A stretch of DNA of 50,115 bases, counting the filler, from Candidatus Zhuqueibacterota bacterium (GTDB lineage: Bacteria > BS750m-G25), in the NCBI GenBank assembly GCA_016783505.1. It is 4 parts of 4 records of this genome, joined end to end, with 100 filler letters (N's around TTAATTAATTAA, not from the genome) between each part and the next. Parts side by side here need not be neighbours in the genome. Positions count along the whole stretch, not along the records: positions 38,111 to 50,115 come from JADHWK010000067.1; 3 more parts are not named here. One strand, 5' to 3'. The notes beneath the pieces were generated by a model. It was not told the origin of the DNA. It did no database searches and saw only the letters and a list, made by a program, of their open reading frames with translations. Position 1 is the stretch's first letter, and every line of letters starts with the position of its first letter. Of the stretch, positions 48,777-50,115 are shown piece after piece. The translations under genes were made by a program, and so were the position numbers.

Positions 48777-48825
48777 TGTTTACTAGAATTAATCTTGTAA
48801 ATATCCTAATTAATTTGAATAGGTT

Positions 48826-49938
48826 ATGTTCGGGTCTTCCATGAAAATTAAGCAGAATGTTTATCATAAAATCGGTATGGCTTTTCTTATCTGGTTGGGG
48901 ATTATTTTCTTAACCTCTAACTTACCCCATGAACCAATCCCCTGGTCAAGTTACGTGAACTTTTGTCTTTATTTTTTAGCCGCAATCCTTGCGTTTTCTA
49001 TCTTCAGGGCGGACATTTATTATAAAAATATTTTCCTGAACTTTTCCATCTACTTCCTGTACATTTCTTTACAATATTTCATCAGTTTTATCGGTTCTGA
49101 TAATCTTTTTGGGAATTTTTATATATATCTGTATATATATCAATACCATATCGTCGGTTTATATTTCCTTAAAATTCTGGTGGTACTTTATCCCCTCCTC
49201 TTCATCCTTTTTCCCAACAAGCCACCAAAATTTATTTACTTAATCGCCTTTTCAATCATCACCCCGGTTATCTTTTTAATTTATCACGGTTTTTTTCTGG
49301 ATAAGAATTTTCTTTATCAGCTCGGTCTAAACAATTTTTACGCCCCTCTTTTCAGGGAAAATATCTATTCAAACCTGGTTATCCTCTCCATCCTGTTAGG
49401 ATTTTGGCAGAATTATGTTCGCAACGACCCGGTATTAGGTGAATACATAAATGTGATTATAGTGATTTTTACTTATGAAGTTCTAATTAGTATTCTGCAT
49501 CATATCAGCCTTCTGTATAATACGGAACTTTTTTCGCTGGGTCAACATATCTATACCGGTCTTTTAATCCTGTTATCTCTGGTGCTTTTTCTGAAACTGA
49601 GCTACAGCTTAAGTCCTTTTTGGAGACAATATGAGGAGGTCGTTCAATCGGGGTCAGACTGGATAGGAAGGAGAAGGGGTATCTGGTTTAAACTTATCAA
49701 GAGGTTCCGGCATCTCTTAAATGATCCCATCGTCCTTCTAATTAATATCTTATTTCCCCTGTTTGGATTCTCCACCATTCTATATCTCAACGTCATTCAG
49801 AAAAAACTGATAAATCCCTGGACTTTTGTATTTGCCCATATGTTTCTGGTGGTTGCCATCACTTACACGGTGATCATGATATACCAGATTTTGGCAAAAA
49901 GAAGGGAAAAGATAGGTTTGTTAATAAAAGGAGCTTAA
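48826..49938 (+). CDS. Polytopic membrane protein (about 10 TM helices), unknown function
   Basis: 370 aa, very hydrophobic, AT-rich; stop lies directly before the next ATG. Confidence 0.75.
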   Translation: MFGSSMKIKQNVYHKIGMAFLIWLGIIFLTSNLPHEPIPWSSYVNFCLYFLAAILAFSIFRADIYYKNIFLNFSIYFLYISLQYFISFIGSDNLFGNFYIYLYIYQYHIVGLYFLKILVVLYPLLFILFPNKPPKFIYLIAFSIITPVIFLIYHGFFLDKNFLYQLGLNNFYAPLFRENIYSNLVILSILLGFWQNYVRNDPVLGEYINVIIVIFTYEVLISILHHISLLYNTELFSLGQHIYTGLLILLSLVLFLKLSYSLSPFWRQYEEVVQSGSDWIGRRRGIWFKLIKRFRHLLNDPIVLLINILFPLFGFSTILYLNVIQKKLINPWTFVFAHMFLVVAITYTVIMIYQILAKRREKIGLLIKGA

Positions 49939-49939
49939 A

Positions 49940-50115
49940 ATGAAGAGTTCTAACACCCATGAGGAACGCCTTACCACTGAAGACCTGATCTGTAATAGTG
50001 ACGTCATGAAAAAGGTCCGGCAGGAAGTCAGGCTGGTTGTAGATGGCGAAGATCCCGTTCTGATAACCGGTGAGGAGGGCAACGGCAAGAGGCTGCTGGC
50101 CAGAACCATCCATAA
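49940..50115 (+). CDS. Sigma-54 interaction (bEBP-type AAA+) protein lacking an N-terminal sensor domain, partial
   Basis: MKSSNTHEERLTTEDLICNSDVMKKVRQEVRLVVDGEDPVLITGEEGNGKRLLARTIH; AAGGAG RBS; runs off the window. Confidence 0.8.
   Translation, partial: MKSSNTHEERLTTEDLICNSDVMKKVRQEVRLVVDGEDPVLITGEEGNGKRLLARTIH

Overview
Bacterial draft sequence made of four contigs joined by artificial N/TTAATTAATTAA linkers (12797-12896, 25658-25757, 38011-38110), so adjacency across those joins is not biological evidence. A T9SS/FlgD-type C-terminal domain, a Bacteroidota-type GlmU-like gene and an MvhD-linked flavoprotein point to an anaerobic diderm of the FCB superphylum (inference). Contig 1 carries cinA-pgpA-pgsA, recR-ybaB-dnaX, a long-form SRP RNA abutting tRNA-Ala(CGC), and a non-canonical integron-like array. 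The array has a truncated tyrosine recombinase lacking the IntI-specific insert, co-oriented with a hairpin attI-like site and three attC-like-bounded cassettes. The largest cassette (3.85 kb) encodes a candidate defence system: a P-loop ATPase fused, across an A10 frameshift, to two NDT-like domains, plus a tandem CARF-like protein. Contig 2 has a type IV pilus/T2SS-like cluster (pilD, pilX, pilMNOP, secretin) and a soluble MvhD/Fe-S/fumarate-reductase-like operon. Contig 3 has a decayed M1 peptidase, comF, a glycolytic operon (PPi-type and ATP-type pfk, fbaB, gap, pgk, tpiA), secG and tRNA-Leu. Contig 4 has rimI, a pyrE-like gene, ppdK, nagB, a glmU-like gene, def, and a small peptide / polytopic membrane protein / sigma-54 activator module interrupted by an IS701-family element. 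Intergenic DNA is filled with nested mini-palindromes (TCCCGA-N4-TCGGGA), MITEs with 8-bp target duplications, and decayed toxin-antitoxin genes. All family calls come from motif recognition by eye; no database search was run.
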